NCBI GenBank assembly: GCA_025558095.1
Contig: JAIVFI010000008.1
Span: 558,001 to 622,000 of the forward strand
Reading direction: 5' to 3'
From: Hyaloraphidium curvatum SAG 235-1
Lineage: Eukaryota; Fungi; Monoblepharomycota
DNA: 64,000 nucleotides
Positions 30,603 to 42,450 of the stretch are shown piece by piece (position 1 is the stretch's first letter; each line of letters begins with the position of its first letter). The translations under genes and the position numbers were made by a program. The notes below the pieces were generated by a model that worked only from the letters and a program-made list of their open reading frames with translations, did no database searches and was not told where the DNA came from.

Positions 30603-32655
30603 ATGGCCGCGCCAATCTACGTCGAGGCCGATCTGCAAGCCATAAAGTCGAATGTCTTTGAGCTCATTGAGACGCTCTCGCTGGCTTTCGTCACCCGGCT
30701 GTACAGGCACCCGCCGACATGCCTGGGCCTGTTCAAGTTGGGACCTCGATCCTGGCCGGCCTCTCTCGCCCTGACGACGCGTTCTTTGCCCTCCGGAAGG
30801 CTCCTACCGACCCTAAGCAAGATGATCGTGTCTCGGATCCTCCTGATTCCCGATGGGCTGCCGCTGGAGACCGTGGAATCCTGGTTCCATGACCACGCGC
30901 AAAAGTGGGGAAGCAGCCGCGACGGGCCGCCATCGCGCGTTCCTGACGCGTCGTGCCGGCGTTCAGCGCGTATCTGAAGGCACGGAAGAGGCTGGAGACC
31001 CTGAAGGTGGCGATTGTGGCCGAGAACAGGATGATGCTGCGGCAGGAGTTCCGGGAGAACCTCTGGTTCGCCTTTACCGGAGGGTGGGATTTAATTGGCT
31101 GGCCGTCAAGTTTGGACACTGACCGTGATATCTTCGGTCATAGGGGCCCGCCTTGGGTGTTTGGCAAGCCGGTAGCCACGGCCGCCGCCTCGGCGCCCCG
31201 GACGGACGGCGCCGAGACGCCCGCGGAAGGCGGCGAGAGCGGCAAAGAGCCCGTGACCCGCGATTCCCTGGAAAAATACTGCCACGATCAGTGGGAGGTA
31301 TGTGTCTTTGGTGCCGTTGAGCACAAGGACGTCATTCACTTCAGTACCGTCCTACAGGCCGTGCTCCATTACATGTGCCGGACCGACGGCTCTTCCCAGA
31401 TACAATGGACCAAGGACCCGCCCAAAGGGGTCCTGCGCCTCCTCGAGAGCTCGGGGCTGATGGCCAAGGCCGTCAAGGGGGAGCACCAGTGGGTTTCGCC
31501 CGCTCCGTCGCTCTTGTCTCGTTCGTGACAGACCCCAGGAACGGCAACGCCATGGACACGGACGACGACGACCGGGGAAAGGGATCCGGAGAGCGGCTCA
31601 GGATCACCAGCAAAGGCTTCCAGTTCCTGCTGCAGGACGTGAACACGCAGATCTGGGCTTTCCTGCTGCAGTACGTGGATCTTGCGGACGTGGGAATCAG
31701 CTGCTGGTTCGAAGGCGTGTGGGCGTGAGCTCACCTACGGCCGACGTCCGCAGGAGCTGCAAATGGATCAGGTGGAGATGATCCAGATGCTCTTCCTCCT
31801 CGGAAGCATGCAGGAGGGCATCGTGCGTGGCGTCGCTCGCGGAAGCAGCAGAGCTCGTAAAGCTCACTTCATGCTCTGCAGGGGTACAGCACCGAGGCGG
31901 CCTTGACCGTGACGCAGCAGTGCATGCTGGTCGATCTCCGGAACCTCGGGATCGTCTACCAGCGGAAAGTGAGAGGGCTGCTTGCGACCAGCTGCCAGAT
32001 CGCTCATCGCCATCGCCTCGGCAGAAAAAATCCACCACGTTCTACCCCACGCCGCTGGCGACGACCCTGACCTCGGGTGCCATGGTCGCAACCCGGCAGG
32101 AAGAAGTCGGCTTCATCATGCTCGAGACCAACTACCGCCTGTACGCGTACACGCAGTCTCCGCTGCAGATTGCCGTGCTCGCCCTGTTCGTGGACCTCAA
32201 GGCGCGGTTCAAGAACATGTTGGTGGGGATGATCACGCGAGAGAGCATGCGGGACGCCTTCGCGCACGGCATCACGGCCCAGCAGGTGATTCGTGACGCC
32301 TCGCAGAGTCTTTCTCTACCTCACGGCCGATCAACAGATCATCCAATACCTCAACACCCACGCGCATCCGATCCAGAAAAAGGAGAACCCCGTGCTGCCG
32401 CCAACTGTGCTCGACCAACTTCGGCTTTGGGAGCTGGAGCGCAACCGGCTGACGGTGCGGCACGGGTACCTCTACAACAACTTTGTCAGCGACAGGGACT
32501 TTGAGGAGACGGCGCGGTACGCCGAGATGGTCGGCGGGCTGGTGGCCAAGCGGGAAAGCAGGAACAACCTCGCGGAAAAGGCGCTCTTCATCAAGGAGGA
32601 GATGCACGCGGACGTGCGGGAGTACGTGAAGCGCCGCAAGGCGCAAGGCGCATGA
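30603..32655 (+). CDS. TFB2: TFIIH subunit Tfb2/p52
   Basis: [57 protein letters not shown]. Confidence 0.95.
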
Positions 32656-32736
32656 AGGTTTTGGGACTGGAGTGGACTTTGGCTTGGCACCCCGATACCC
32701 GCGTTATACCTGTGACGATACAGAGCAGATCCTGAG

Positions 32737-33693
32737 TCAATCGCTCTCGTTCCCGCCCTTTCTCGCCTTCTTGGCCTGGGCAACGGCACCACTCCCGCCG
32801 GCCAAGTCCGTCGCCCGCACGAAGCTGTACGTCCGGAGGGCCGCCTTTGCGAGCTCCTCGTTGTTCGCGGGCGACAAGCCCTCTTCGAAACCCAGTGTTC
32901 TCCGGTGAGCGTAACCGAGTTCTGAATAAATGGCCAACGGAAACTCGAAGGACTGCACGGTCACCAGACCAGCCTCCTTCGCGAGCTTCTTGATCTCCCA
33001 CAGGCTGTACGGTTTCTCTTCCTTCAGTGTAACGTCGATTGTGGCCACGCTGGGCCGCAACCGGCGGACCTTGGCCATAGCCCTCAGGAGATCGCCGTCC
33101 CCGTCCGAGCCTTCGGGGTGGATCTTGACCTCCTTCGGCGACGCCAGGAGAGCCGAGGCCGATCTGAAGAACCCCAGCAGAAGAGTCTGATTTAGGCGAA
33201 CGTTCCGGGCTTCGTCCTTCTCGCCGGCCCCAACGTGCGGGAACTGGAAGACAATCCGTGAGAACCGTTTCTTCTTCAGCGCCTTCTCCGCCTCCAGCTT
33301 GGTGGCATCAATATCAAAGAGAATCTCCGCGTCCGCATTGTGCTCCGCTATGCCATCCAGGTGCGTGCTGAGGTCCGGATACTTTGCCGCCGCAACTTCT
33401 CTGGAATCGTACGCGGTGGCCGCGAGCGAAGCCCCGGGAAAAAGCTGCGACAACGCGTGGGCGAACGAGAAGTTGCCCTCGCCGACCAGCAGGAAGGAAT
33501 CCGCCTCGCTGTAGGGCACGACGTGCGCTTTGGCGTGCTCCTCCGTCGCCTTGGGCTTCGGCTTCCCCGACCGCTCCGCAAGGTGCTGAGGCTTCCGCGC
33601 CTGCGAGCCGAGCAGGGCGCCGAGCGATGCGGCGAGCTTGGACCGCTTCTTTGACGGGCCGTCTCCCTGCTGGCCTGCCTTGCGCTTGGTCAT
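32737..33693 (-). CDS. BMT5: 25S rRNA (uridine-N3) methyltransferase Bmt5 (DUF2431)
   Basis: LLVGEGNFSF, DIDATKL, IVFQFPHVG, NQTLLLGFF, PYSLWEI, GYAHRRT; intronless. Confidence 0.9.
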   Translation of the reverse strand: MTKRKAGQQGDGPSKKRSKLAASLGALLGSQARKPQHLAERSGKPKPKATEEHAKAHVVPYSEADSFLLVGEGNFSFAHALSQLFPGASLAATAYDSREVAAAKYPDLSTHLDGIAEHNADAEILFDIDATKLEAEKALKKKRFSRIVFQFPHVGAGEKDEARNVRLNQTLLLGFFRSASALLASPKEVKIHPEGSDGDGDLLRAMAKVRRLRPSVATIDVTLKEEKPYSLWEIKKLAKEAGLVTVQSFEFPLAIYSELGYAHRRTLGFEEGLSPANNEELAKAALRTYSFVRATDLAGGSGAVAQAKKARKGGNESD

Positions 33694-33906
33694 GGTGCTT
33701 GCGGCCAGCGCAATGTTTACTCGCTCGTATCGCGGCCAGCGCGGTTGTGTCGCGTCCTCGCGCGTCCCTCGCGCGATGCGCTCGTATCGCGAACCGTCTT
33801 CCGTACAATCCAGGCTCGACAGAACGTACCTTTTCCAACCTCGCAAACAGGCTTGAGGCAACATCGCTTCCCTTCCGTTGGGTAGCTCCATTAAAAGTTG
33901 CCCACA

Positions 33907-34860
33907 ATGATCCCACGGCACTTCTTCTGGATAGCTGTTGCATTGGCCGCACTCTTTGTGCTTGGATTCATTTGGTTCGAAAGATCAGCTTTTGAGGCAA
34001 ACCTGCGTAGTAGGACAAGCGAAGCCTGCGAGCTACCCACCACCAAAGTGGAAGTGGGAATTGACTCACACTGCGAGCTGCCCCGCACCGAAGTCGTTTT
34101 CAACACGATTGTTCAAGGGCTGTTTCAGGAGAGAGTGATCCCACCGGGCGACATCCTGGACATTGGCGCCAGCGAAGGAGATTGGTCTTGCGCATTTGCC
34201 TGTTTCAACCGGGACAGGATTGTGCATGCAGCAGACCCCAACCACATGCTCCGCCATACGCTACCATGTCCCGCACTAGGGAACATTCGCATACACACAC
34301 TAGCAATGTCCGACACCTTGGGTAAGGTATCTTTCAATCCAAAGTCGGTAAAGGCCTACGTGGGGAGCCTCGAGACTAAGCGAAATGATGGGGAGGGAAA
34401 CGTCGAGGTGACAACGCTGGATCGCTTTTTTCAGCAACAAAAGTCGTTCCCAGGCTTCATGCATTTGGACGTGGAATGGTACGAACTGAAGCTTATCGTG
34501 GGTGGCAGGGCGACCATCGCACAATACAGGCCGCCGTTCAGCTTTGAGGTTCACATGAACACTTCAGAAAGCCGACGCACCATTGCGGCAGTCGAACAAC
34601 TCGGATACTCCGTATTCATGGTGAATGAAGGATGTGGCGTCACGGAAAACTGCCGAAACAACCTCGCATTTCCACACAATGCGACTTCACCGTTCAACAG
34701 AAGCCTTACCTTGAAACTAGCGGTGCGCACTGGCTCCTTGCTGCATGTAACGAGCAAAACGGCGGATGCCGTTTATGCTGCACACCAAGGCTTTGCTAAG
34801 CCGTGGCAGCGATCCGCCAACGAGAAACAGTTTGGAAAGGCCCAGGGACTGTTGAAATGA
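33907..34860 (+). CDS. FkbM-family SAM-dependent methyltransferase with N-terminal signal anchor
   Basis: ILDIGASEG, VTTLDRF, FMHLDVEWYEL, YRPPFSFEVH; hydrophobic N-terminus; intronless and AT-richer than neighbours. Confidence 0.8.
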   Translation: MIPRHFFWIAVALAALFVLGFIWFERSAFEANLRSRTSEACELPTTKVEVGIDSHCELPRTEVVFNTIVQGLFQERVIPPGDILDIGASEGDWSCAFACFNRDRIVHAADPNHMLRHTLPCPALGNIRIHTLAMSDTLGKVSFNPKSVKAYVGSLETKRNDGEGNVEVTTLDRFFQQQKSFPGFMHLDVEWYELKLIVGGRATIAQYRPPFSFEVHMNTSESRRTIAAVEQLGYSVFMVNEGCGVTENCRNNLAFPHNATSPFNRSLTLKLAVRTGSLLHVTSKTADAVYAAHQGFAKPWQRSANEKQFGKAQGLLK

Positions 34861-35052
34861 ATGGAAATGCAGAAATTGCGTAACCTGGACTGGGTCCGGA
34901 GAAATCGCCCATGATCGTGGTCCGTTTGCTTTGCTGATTGGTTCTGGGGTCCCCAACCAACTCCCCTCGAAGCTATCCCCGCCCGACCGCTTGGACGGAA
35001 TTCTCGGATCCTGCTTTCCCGCGATTTGGAAGAACTTGGACGATTCGGAGCC

Positions 35053-36339
35053 ATGGCGGTGCCTCTGACGCGCGTGAACGCGATTCCACCGGAGGTCACT
35101 GAGACTCTCGCGCGGAACGGGTTCCAAACGACCAAGGACCTTCTATCGCTGTCCGCGTTCGAGGTCCGAGAGATATGCTGGACCCTCCCTACCGAAACTG
35201 TCGCGCTCGCGATGCTCATGGCGGCGCGATCGGCGACGCCCAAGAAGCGCACCGCGTTGCAACTGTACTCGCTGGGTTCGGCTGTGACGCGCGGAGCCGC
35301 GTATCCCACTCGGATTTCGACCGGACTTGCGGATGTGGACGAAGTGCTCCTCGGAGGGCTGCGGCACGGGACGCTGAGCGAAATCGTGGGGCCCAATGGC
35401 GTCGGCAAGACGCAGCTGGTCCTCCAGCTCTGCGCCATGGCCGGACAGCACGGACACGTTCTTTACTTTGGTTTGTCAGCCCCATGCGGCCGTTCTGTGA
35501 TTCCTGGCTTACTGCCACAGATGCCGAGAACGCCTTCAACGCCCAACGGTGCGTGTGTCGTTGGTCTGCAAAGCGAACTCGTGCCTAACACTTCGCAGCC
35601 TTCTCGAGATTGCTTCTCTGCGCTTTCCGGAGACGTACGCGTCCACTGCCGCTCTCGAGGATCTGTCAAAGCGCACGCACGTCTTTGCCGTCACCTCTGC
35701 CAGGGAGCTGGGAGCAAAGCTGGGCGAGCTCGAGAACTTCATCGCGATCAATGGAGTGCGCCTCATTGTCGTCGATTCCGTCGCCGCGCTTGTACGCCGC
35801 GACTTTGGTATCGGAGGCGGCCACGATTCGGACGGGAGGCAAGGCGGCAACGCGGCGCAGATATCGGACCTGCTGTCCGCGGAGGCGTCCAAGATGAAGT
35901 ACCTCGCGGAACACTACAATCTCGCGGTGGGCTCATGTTGCTTGCAAGGGCGCTTCTTTAGCTTACCTTGCTTTGCAGGTCGTCGCCACCAACCACGTTA
36001 CGACCACATCGGTCCGGCAATCGGACGAGCGCATGGTAACAGCTGCTCTGGTAATGCCCCGTGGTTCTGTGGTTACCTTGTTCTTGATGTATAGTCCCGC
36101 AGGGCAACACATGGCATCACGCCACAAACATGAGGATCGTGCTGGAGTACCTGGTGGCAAATGCCGACCTGTCGACGACCGGTCAGAACCGCGCCATTCG
36201 CACAGCTGGGGACACGATGGTGGAAGGGCGGCCAACTACGCGGGTGCTGCGGATAGCGAAGTCCTCGGTGGCTGCCGCTGCGAGCTTCCCCTACGTGATC
36301 GACGGAGCTGGGCTTCGCTTGCTTGCGACACCGCAGTAG
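35053..36339 (+). CDS. RAD51B: RAD51 paralog, RAD51B-like
   Basis: Walker A GPNGVGKT, Walker B LIVVDS; EIASLRFP, EASKMKYLAE, AALGNTWHHATNMRIVLEY, IAKSS match the RAD51B layout. Confidence 0.8.
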
Positions 36340-36394
36340 AATTGATTCACATACAGACCCCCGCACGTCTAGATCTCCGCTGCACAGTATTAAG

Positions 36395-37629
36395 TCAGAC
36401 AGTGTCGAGATCGGCGGGCACCTGGAACTGCTCGTTGAAGTCCTCGCTGGCGATGCCGAACTTGTTCGAGCAGTAGGACTGCAGAAGCCAGCTTTTGGAA
36501 GACTTGAGTCGATTGTCTCTTCGCGAGGCCAGAGCACTCACATGTTTTCGACATGCTTGTTGATTTCCGCCTTGAGCTGGTTGATGCGGACCCCTTGGTG
36601 ACGATGTTTGATCCAACGATGGCGCGGAAGCTGGGATCGGAACCCACTCTTTGCTTCCCATACAGCAGGATCGTTCGCCGCGTACTTGGCAAGCTCCTGC
36701 TCAGTTTGGGCTTTTTCCTTCTGCAGTTCGTCGAAGATCTTGAGCTTCTCCGCGCGTGGGTCCTGTGTTGCACGACGGATCAGCAGGTCGCACGCGGCGT
36801 TTGGCTCGCGATGCTTACGGACGGGGGCCGTGCCTGACGTGCAGCTTCCAGCTGAGAGTCCAGATCTTTGCTCTTTGTCTCTAGCGTTTGGAGCTCCTGC
36901 TCCAGCTCTTCGATCTTGTTGCGCCTCTGTCAACGTGTCAGACACGGATCCACAACCTGGCTGACCAGACCCACATTGACGACTGCTTGCGACGGCAGAG
37001 CCTGCGAAGATCACCGTGGTGAGTTGCCCATTTAAGACGAGCGGAGAAGGAGAAGCACATAGTAGTAGTTTCTGTGGGCGGTAGATCAGACGATCTCTCG
37101 TGCAGGTTGGAGCCACCAAGACCTACCCGATTCCGATCTTTTCGCATGTCACCAGTCGGTCGGACACGAGGCCGTCGAGAACCTCCTTCACGGCCTGTTG
37201 CACTGATCGTGTCATGGTCAACCATGGAGGTCGACCGCCTGAAGCCGGCTCCTCCCACCGACTCCTCTCTTGGTCGCCAGCTTCTCGATGTCCTTGAAAG
37301 GAAAGAAGTCCCGGGTCTCGAAAAACTGCCGGAGAACGCGTGCCCGCCCGAGCGCGGCGAAGACCCGTTCGTCGTTAGCGGTTCGGCGATCGGCACGGTC
37401 GCGGCACGGCCGCGCGCACTAACGATCTCCAGAATCTTCTTCCTCTTGTCCTCCGCACTCAGCCCCTTCTTCTTCGCAGACTAGTGGGTCGCGGCGCGCG
37501 GATCAAGGGCGCGATCGGGCGTGGATTTCGCACGAGCCGGCAACGCGTCGCGCGGGCAAGGCGCGGTGGAAACGGGCAGTGTGGCGTCAGGATACTCTTG
37601 GAGAACTCCGTAGCTCTGCCGCGCACCAT
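36395..37629 (-). CDS. MND1: Meiotic recombination factor Mnd1
   Basis: M|SAKKKGLSAEDKRKKILEI, FKDIEKLA, CEKIG, LAKYAANDP, QFQVPADLDTV*. Confidence 0.88.
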
Positions 37630-37849
37630 GTTTTCGGGCTCGCTGGCGGGTCTGGAGTGTGGGCCGTCTGGTGATTCGACGCTGAGTGCGATGGTCGGTG
37701 CATGATCGCGATGCCACGCGGACCCCCACGACCAAACTGACCCTCCGCTGCCTCCTTCCGTCCCGTTTGTGGACTCACGATGAGGCAGGCACATGCCCGC
37801 TCATCTCCGAATGCCACCGGCCAACTCGGAGCTCCTTCCAGTCTTCGCA

Positions 37850-38372
37850 ATGGCGGACCGTCGAACCCCTTCCGACCGACCAACCAAGGTCGTCCCCGAG
37901 CTCTGGAGCCCCCGGAATCAGCCTGACGTCCTTCATTTCACAGCGGACGAACTCAATACGAGGTTAATGGAGCAGGACAATGACCGTCGTGTCGCTGAGG
38001 AGCTGCACAGTGGGCACACACTGGTCGAACATGAATGTCAGCTCGACTGAACCTCGTACTCCCAGGCAAAGTCAGCGCCATCAAATCGGTGTGTTGCTCG
38101 GCCATGGAGCCATTTGCATCAGTCGTTGACGACTGTCTCCTTCTCAGTTCACCATTCAGGTCCAGGAGGACGTCAACAACCAGAACCGCTTCCTGGATGA
38201 TATGGGGCTCACCGTAGACAGGGCCGGCACAGGACTCCGGGCGTCATTCTCGCGATTGAACGTTATGATGGCGACCTCCCATGGCCGGAGCATCTGCCAG
38301 ATGGTCGGCATTGCGCTGTTCATCTTCCTCGTCTGGTACTGGTACCCGCGATCACAACCGAATCCCAGTTGA
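37850..38372 (+). CDS. Qc-SNARE, Bet1/Sft1-like
   Basis: MEQDND..ELHSKVSAIKS..QEDVNNQNRFLDDM SNARE motif followed by a C-terminal TM segment. Confidence 0.8.
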
Positions 38373-38465
38373 AGACGTGTAATGAAGGTGACGGAGCTAT
38401 GTACAAGGTTGAAGGAAGACCAAGAGTGGAGCAGAAGCCGACAAAGATGATCTCATGGCGTCCGT

Positions 38466-39682
38466 TCAACGATCCCCCGACGGTGCCGTGTCCTCCAGGA
38501 CCTCGCGGAGACCCCTAAGGAGGCGTCGCTCGTTCTTCGACGTCTTAAATGCTGGGTCGGAACTGTCAGTTGCCCCATTTGAATACGCGCGTCATGTCCC
38601 TCACCCGAGTAGACGACCATGAGGCTCGGCAGCCTTGCCCGGCACAGCTTCCTCAATCGCATCGCTTCGTGATCAGTGAGCAGCTCGGCCGTCTCGTTGA
38701 GATCCTCGATCTTGGTCAGCAGCTCTCCCCACAACGAACCCTCACCACCACCGAGGCCGCTGCTGTCGGCCTGGCCCCTTCCGGGGGAGTTTTCCCCAGG
38801 GCGCCGAACGGGAATGTCTGGTGTTGGCCGCCGAATACCCGTCGTGTCCGCCAAATTGACGACCTGGCAGACACCTCGATCAACTAGACTTCCCAGCCTT
38901 GCCGAAGCGCGGCCCACCTTGGACACAAAAGCAAGTAGCCTCCGCGTTGATTCGCGCACTTCCTCGGTTCGGAGCACTGCCAACCATCGCTGACTTTGCT
39001 GCGCCACCTCGCGAACGACGGCGGTCGACTCGTCGCTGGCGATGAAAGCCGCGAAAGAGTCCTTGACGGCCGCGAATTCCTCCGACCGCACAATCTGAAG
39101 GAAAGCGTTCCCGGTGTCCTGGATGTGCGAGACGGTCTCTGCCGCTTCTTGCGTTCGGAGCACATCGATGATGGAGACGATGAATTGGATCCAGAGTGAG
39201 GTGACCTCGCGCGTTTCGTTGGAAGCTGTCACGAATTGAGATGAGCACGTGGGGCACTTCTCCCGCAGAGACCCTCACCTGCGAGGAGGAGTTCCAAGGG
39301 GCGCGTCATCACGTTGCCGATGATCTCGGGATCCACGCCTGCGCGGATGAGATTGCTTGAGAACCACATCAACACGTCACCGGGGCGGATGCTGACCCAG
39401 GGTCCTGGCCAGCGCGTTCTGCGCCGAGGAAGCCATCGTGTTGGCCAGTTCCTTTGTCGTGGATATTGGGTTGAGCACCGCGTGGGTGGTAGCGGAGGCA
39501 GTGCGCCATGCAGAGTCCAACAGGGACGACACGCCCCATCCTACTCCGCCGGGAGTGGGTGTGGCTCGTCCGGGGACTCCGGAGGCCGCCGAAGACCCCA
39601 TGGACCCCTGGCGCGACGATGCCTCGCTGCGGAAGTAGTCCACGTCCTCCTTCGCGTCATCGTATTCCGAATCCATGTCCAT
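38466..39682 (-). CDS. Hypothetical amphipathic-helical protein (multi-exon)
   Basis: Spliceable exons from MDMDSEYDD to ...YSAFKTSKNERRLLRGLREVLEDTAPSGDR*; no family recognised. Confidence 0.6.
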
Positions 39683-39755
39683 CGCGTTCGATGTAGGGGC
39701 AGTTCTTGGCTGGGACGTGCCGTCTCAAAAGCGAACCCGGCTTGCGCGATTCACC

Positions 39756-40732
39756 ATGAACCCGGACGAGGACACCGAATGGAACGATGTGCTGCGAGCA
39801 AAGGTGCGTGTTGCTTGCTTCTCGACGCGGGGCCGTCCGGGATTGACGAGGCGTTGTCGCGACCAGGGGATTATCCCCCAGAAGGAAGTGGAGGTTACGG
39901 AAGACCAAGTAGGAGCGCCACCGGAGCGGCCATAGCGACCGTGACCCATTTGCCTTTACTTGCCTTTACAAGATCAACGACATGATCGACGAGATCGTGA
40001 AGGAGAAGACGGGGCAGAGGGATTTGGACGACCTGGATGTTGACGAGCTGGATGAGCTGCTCGAAGACGACATGGACGACCAGAGGATCCTGGAGGAGTA
40101 CAGGAGGAAGCGAATGGCGGAGCTGAACGCGATGCTCTCCAAGGAGAAGTTTGGATCGGTCGGACACACCGTGGCGCGCTTGGGAGAGACGTGCTCAAGG
40201 CGCTCTCGCAGGTCTATCCGATTTCGAAGCCTGATTTTGTGAAGGAGGTGACGGAAGCGAGCAAAGGTAGGCGGAACGCGCTCCGAGGAGATGAGCACTG
40301 ATGTGGCCTGTGCAGAGTGCTGGGTTGTCGTACACCTCTTTCAGGTGGGCTTGTTCCCGCGCTGCCCAAAGGAATGACTGACAGGCAATTGGCGTCCAGG
40401 ACTCCGTCTTGGAGAGCAGGCTCTTGGGACGACATTTGGAGGAGTTGGCAAAGCGGTACAAGGCGACAAAGTTCTGCCAGATCCGTGCGGATGCCGCCAT
40501 CGAAAACTACCCCGATCGCAACGTGCCGACGCTGTTGATTTACGGCGAGGGGGACATGCGGACCCAGCTCGTCACGCTCGCGAAACTGAACGGGCAAAAG
40601 ACGTCGGCGAAGGACGTGGAGCGGTATCTAGAGAGGGCCGGGGCGATCACGATCGCGGAGGAGCGGAAACGAGAACTCGAGGACGAGGACGAAAGGGACG
40701 GATCGAGAAGAACGGCGAAAATCATTCGATGA
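39756..40732 (+). CDS. PLP2: Phosducin-like protein 2 (PDCL3/Plp2)
   Basis: MNPDEDTEWNDVLRAKGIIP, LEEYRRKRMAE, IENYPDRNVPTLLIY. Confidence 0.92.
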
Positions 40733-40782
40733 TACCCTAGATACCTTGCAAGAGAACACCTCTAGCGCGCTCCGACACCATG

Positions 40783-42363
40783 TCATTGAAGCTTCCTCTT
40801 CTGCCCCACCGCCGCGTCCTCAAAGCCGACCTCGACTTCCACGAATTCCTCCTCGTCAGTATCGTCGTCCAAATTCGCCGGCATCGATGGCGGCGATCCC
40901 ATTCCCACGGAGGCAGGGGTGCCCATGGTGGGGTAGTTCGGAGAGGGTGCGAGCAGAACCCCGCCATCTCCTTGGGACGCATCCGTCGCCCTTTCCTGCG
41001 TCAACCTCTGATGCAGCTGCTCGTAGTACTCCCGCAGGTCTGCGCGAACCTCGCGTCAGGCGATTTGGAGACCGTCGCCTACGGTTACTCACAGGACTCG
41101 TCTTCGTCCTCCTCTTCCTTCTTGACTTCCGGCAGCTGGGGAGCCTTGAAAGTGGTCGGGGAAACGACGCCGTCGTCGTACCGCTTGCCGGTCACCGTGC
41201 TAGTGGAGAACCATATCGGCATGGCGTTCGACACGCTGGTAGGGTCGATGTGATCAGCGGGACACCACGAACCCCAGACCATGAAACTCACGTCTTGACC
41301 GGCGGCTTTATCTCCGCCACGAGCGGTTTGGTCTCCGAAGCCTGCCCTGGAACCGATACCGAGGTCGCAGACGGGCCGGCAGGTGCAGGAATGTCATTTG
41401 CATTCTCAGTTTTGACGGTTGTTCGCTTCAACAACTCCTCGAAGTCCGGTCTAGCAGACGGAATTAGTCGATGACAGGTGCGCGCAACCATACCACGCAC
41501 TTTGGGATCTTCTTCCCGTCCATCTCCTTTAGCAGATCTCGGATGATCCGATGTTGCTCAAGAAACCTGATGCGACACGTCAGTGCCCACGGGATGGTGG
41601 GACTATGTGAAACGAACCGCTTCAACGTCTCGTTGGAGATCTGGTTCCCAGCCGTTTCGGAGCTTTCCACAAGCGGCTCCATATCATTCTCGCAGAAGAA
41701 CTTGTACTTTGCTGCCTCGAAGATGTCGTACTCGGTTCCGCACATCGTGCAGACGTAGTTGTGAGCCTGGTCTGCCTAGCGTTTCCGTAGGTGTCACACT
41801 GGCGGACATGCCAAAGCACACCAAGGCGCATGTACCTGCTTGATTTGTCGCGTTATCGCGTTCTCGTTCTTGTAGATACGCCACTTGACGGCATTGACGA
41901 AATCGCGGTAGTCGATGTAGTGGAGCGGTCTCTGGTACTTCTTCCCGTCGGGCCGCTCATCCGGAACGAGTTGCCTGGCAAGTCCAAGCCAACGATTCAG
42001 ACGCCCGCCGCCACATCGCCAGGCCCAGCCGCTCCTCACGTCTTCACGAGCCGGTCCTTCTTTAGCTTCGTGAGAACAACGAGAACCTCCTTGTGTTGCC
42101 ACTTGAGGTACGAGAGGAGCTCATCATCCCGCACACTGGAACACCGATAGAATATAGGCCACAGCATGAGCGTCCGCGGTCCGTGGATCGCCGTGCCCGC
42201 CCGCAACGCACTAGGGAAACCTCGTCAAGTAATCGAGAACCACGACGTGCTTTGCGTCATAGTAGGCCCTCCCGACGCGGCCGACGAGCGTCCGCAGGTG
42301 ATCGAGTAAGCCAGAACGTTTCGCCGGCTGGTCTCCCGCTCCCGGCGCCGTCCCGTCGACCAT
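40783..42363 (-). CDS. TFA1: TFIIE alpha subunit
   Basis: VGRAYYDAKHVVVLDYL, YIDYRDFVNAVKWR, zinc ribbon YVCTMC..FFCEND, MPIWFSTSTVTG. Confidence 0.88.
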
Positions 42364-42450
42364 CGGAACGACGGCGATCGCGGATTGGCGGTGTGCGTCT
42401 CAACCCCTGACACCTTTCCAACAACTTTATTCGGGCCGCCCCTCCCAGCG

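Noticed and set aside
33700-33792. Short direct repeats (CGCTCGTATCGCG x2) between BMT5 and the FkbM gene as transposon ends or target-site duplication
   Set aside because: Both copies lie on the same side of the gene with no matching copy downstream; no transposase or terminal inverted repeats
42225-42260. ATG at 42260 as the TFA1 start
   Set aside because: Wrong frame (stops after 11 codons); the conserved RAYYD frame opens at 42363
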